Source: Heptranchias perlo
Taxonomy: Eukaryota
Direction of reading: 5' to 3'
Length of the DNA stretch: 64,000 bases
Assembly: GCF_035084215.1 (NCBI RefSeq)
Contig: NC_090349.1
Location: 9,052,001-9,116,000, forward strand
In this document: one piece after another, positions 61,801 to 64,000 of the stretch
How positions within the stretch are numbered: the stretch's first letter is position 1
Layout: every line of letters starts with the position of its first letter
The notes under the pieces: generated by a model
Databases searched by the model: none
What the model saw: the letters and a program-made list of their open reading frames with translations, nothing else
Told to the model about the DNA's origin: nothing
Made by a program: the position numbers and the translations under genes

Positions 61801-64000
61801 GAACCACGAGTACAATGGCTAAATTTGTAGATCTTACAAAGCGAATGAAGGTGGTAAACTCCAAAGCTGAAGAGGATAAGATACACGAGGATTTGACTAT
61901 ATTTGCGAAGAGGTGACAGACGAAATTCAATGTAGAGAAATGCAAAGTGCTTCATACAGGAACAAAAAAAATCCAGGAAAGCACTATTACTTAAATGGTC
62001 TAATTGTTCGAGATTGATTGCTATGATTAGTCAACTACTCGATTAGCATTGATTTTACGAGGATGGTAGAAGGAGAACCAGATGGACCGTGGTCTTTTTT
62101 CGTCTACCAATTCCTATGTTCTGAAAGGTGAATTAATAAAGCAGCTTTAATTACAACAGGTAATGAGGAAATATTCAAAAAAGAAATGATAAAAAAGGAA
62201 TGACCAGCAAGAAAAACAAATTCCAAAAGGAAAGGCGTTGGGAAGCGATAACTCGAAGGAGAATCGATGCCGAAGGTCAAAAACAACAAAAAATTTTAAC
62301 GATGGGAAGGTAGGGAGCAAGAACACGAACGGAGAGCTAAAGGAAAAGAGTGGAAATTAGGAACTGACATGAGGTACGGGACGCAACAAAAAAAAAACAA
62401 AGATTGATGATTGACACAGGAAAATGGAAGGATCGATAGATTGTTTAAAAACCTGGAGAGCAGTTTATAAATCTGATTTTCCAAGGAGAGGTCGTAATTG
62501 TGGAAAAGAAATCCCATAGGAAGCCGAAGGTCCTAGCAAAATTGAAGAATGCAATCTTGCAAAGCTCATACAGCTATGTTATGTTTTAGCCTTTTATGTC
62601 CATTGATAGCATGCGAAATGACCTTGTCAAGCTGATGAAGAACGTGATTAGCAACTATTTAAGGAGGTTCAAATGATTGAGGAAGTTATCCATGTTAGTA
62701 ATAATAAGCAAGGTACGGTAACAGATAACAATAACCAGACAAAACTACAATTCACATGCATAGTAAGGGGCAGGTGGTCTGCGTGGCCCCGAGGGTACTC
62801 ACGTACTACCCCGACGTACAACTAACGTATTTGTGTCTTAACCTCACGTACCGCAGGCATCCTAACGTACTAATATCCCACGCATTGAATAGTATAACGG
62901 TAAGATACACCAGTACGCCTTAGGAATTCTAAGTGGACTTGCACTCGGCAATCAGAGGATTCAGTTCACGAACTCCCGATGAATTCCGTGCTTGTGAGCA
63001 TAAAATTGGTACCTATCTCATAATTACGGCGTATGTTGGATTTGTATCATTTGATAAATGAAGGGTAGTAATCAGATGTCTTTGTGCCTTTTGAATCCAC
63101 GAGCCTTATCCTTAAGGATTGTTCTAATGTACTGGCGACCGCAGCAAGACTTTAAGATAAGTGAGCATTGGAATGTTTAGTTTGGGACTGGCTATCTCAA
63201 CCAAGCAGAATTCACATATTACCAGATTCTGGTTTTAAAATGGAGAAACTGGGAGAATATGTAAATTGGTATATGGCACGACAGGGCGATGGACGCCAGA
63301 AGACTGGAGATCTGGTGGGGAAAGGTATCTTCTTGAACAAATTAGCCCATATTCTCGAAAAGGATTTCTTGGACACCCACAAGAAGGACAGGACTGAATT
63401 TTCCCTTATAGAATGATTGTTTGCCGTTTCTAAGGCTCTGTCGGACGGGGACAGTGGTGTAGTGGTTATGTTTCTAGATTAGCAATCCAAAGGCCTAGAC
63501 TACTAGCCCAGAGAATGGTGAGTATACAAAAGGGCAAAGGGGGAGAGGAATTTCTGGAGTGTGTTCTGCAAAACTTCCTTGATCAGTATGTTTCTAGCTC
63601 AACTAGGATGAAGGCATTGCTGGATCTGATGCGGGGAATGAGGTGGGTCAAGAGCAAAAGTATCAAAGGGAGAACACAAATGGAACAGCAATCATAGTAT
63701 CATAAGTTTTAGATTAGTTATGGAAAAAGTCAAGGAACAACCTAGAATAAAAATACTTAATTAGAGGAGGGCCAACTTCAGTGGGTTGAGAACGGATCTG
63801 GCCCGGGTAGATTGGAATCAAAGATTGGCAGACAAAATTGTAATTGAATATTGGGCAGCCTGTCCAATGGCGATAGTTCAGGTACAGTCTCGGTACATTC
63901 CCATGAGGCGGAAAGGTAGGGCTACCAAAGCCAGAGCTCCCTGGATGACGAAAGAGATAGAGAGAAAGATAAAGCATAAAAAGGGGGCATATGGCAGATG
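58851..64000 (+). repeat. Segmental duplication (unit B and distal flank) paralogous to 33340-38020; contains L2, CR1 and SINE fragments
   Basis: Near-identical ORF translations, e.g. 34882-35412 vs 60319-60894 and 37209-37436 vs 63168-63416. Confidence 0.92.
62693..63199. mobile_element. Candidate solo LTR (507 bp)
   Basis: Absent from the paralogous site at about 37215-37225. TG...CA termini, flanked by TCCA / ACCA. Confidence 0.7.

Overview
Repeat-rich vertebrate genomic DNA, almost certainly from a cartilaginous fish (shark/ray). It holds two tandem, same-strand immunoglobulin light-chain clusters of the chondrichthyan lambda / type II (NS3-like) class. Each has the layout promoter - leader - germline-joined VJ (no RSS) - intron - C. 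Cluster 2 (52.4-56.4 kb) splices to an open 238-aa chain but has an atypical J (FGKE instead of FGxG, plus an extra Cys). Cluster 1 (27.8-33.1 kb) is a pseudogene, with a variant octamer, V frameshifts and a LINE inserted in C. Its V exon also carries a 203-bp inverted copy of its own J-C intron. That insert brings a GTAAGT donor and is followed by a duplicated acceptor, so it looks like a newly made intron whose removal restores exact FR1 length. The rest is CR1, L2, Vingi-like and a younger poly(A) LINE family, SINEs, MITEs, two Harbinger transposons, a tRNA-His-primed ERV remnant, a candidate solo LTR, and mosaic duplications of the cluster 3' flanks. All calls were made by eye with no database search, and repeat boundaries are approximate.
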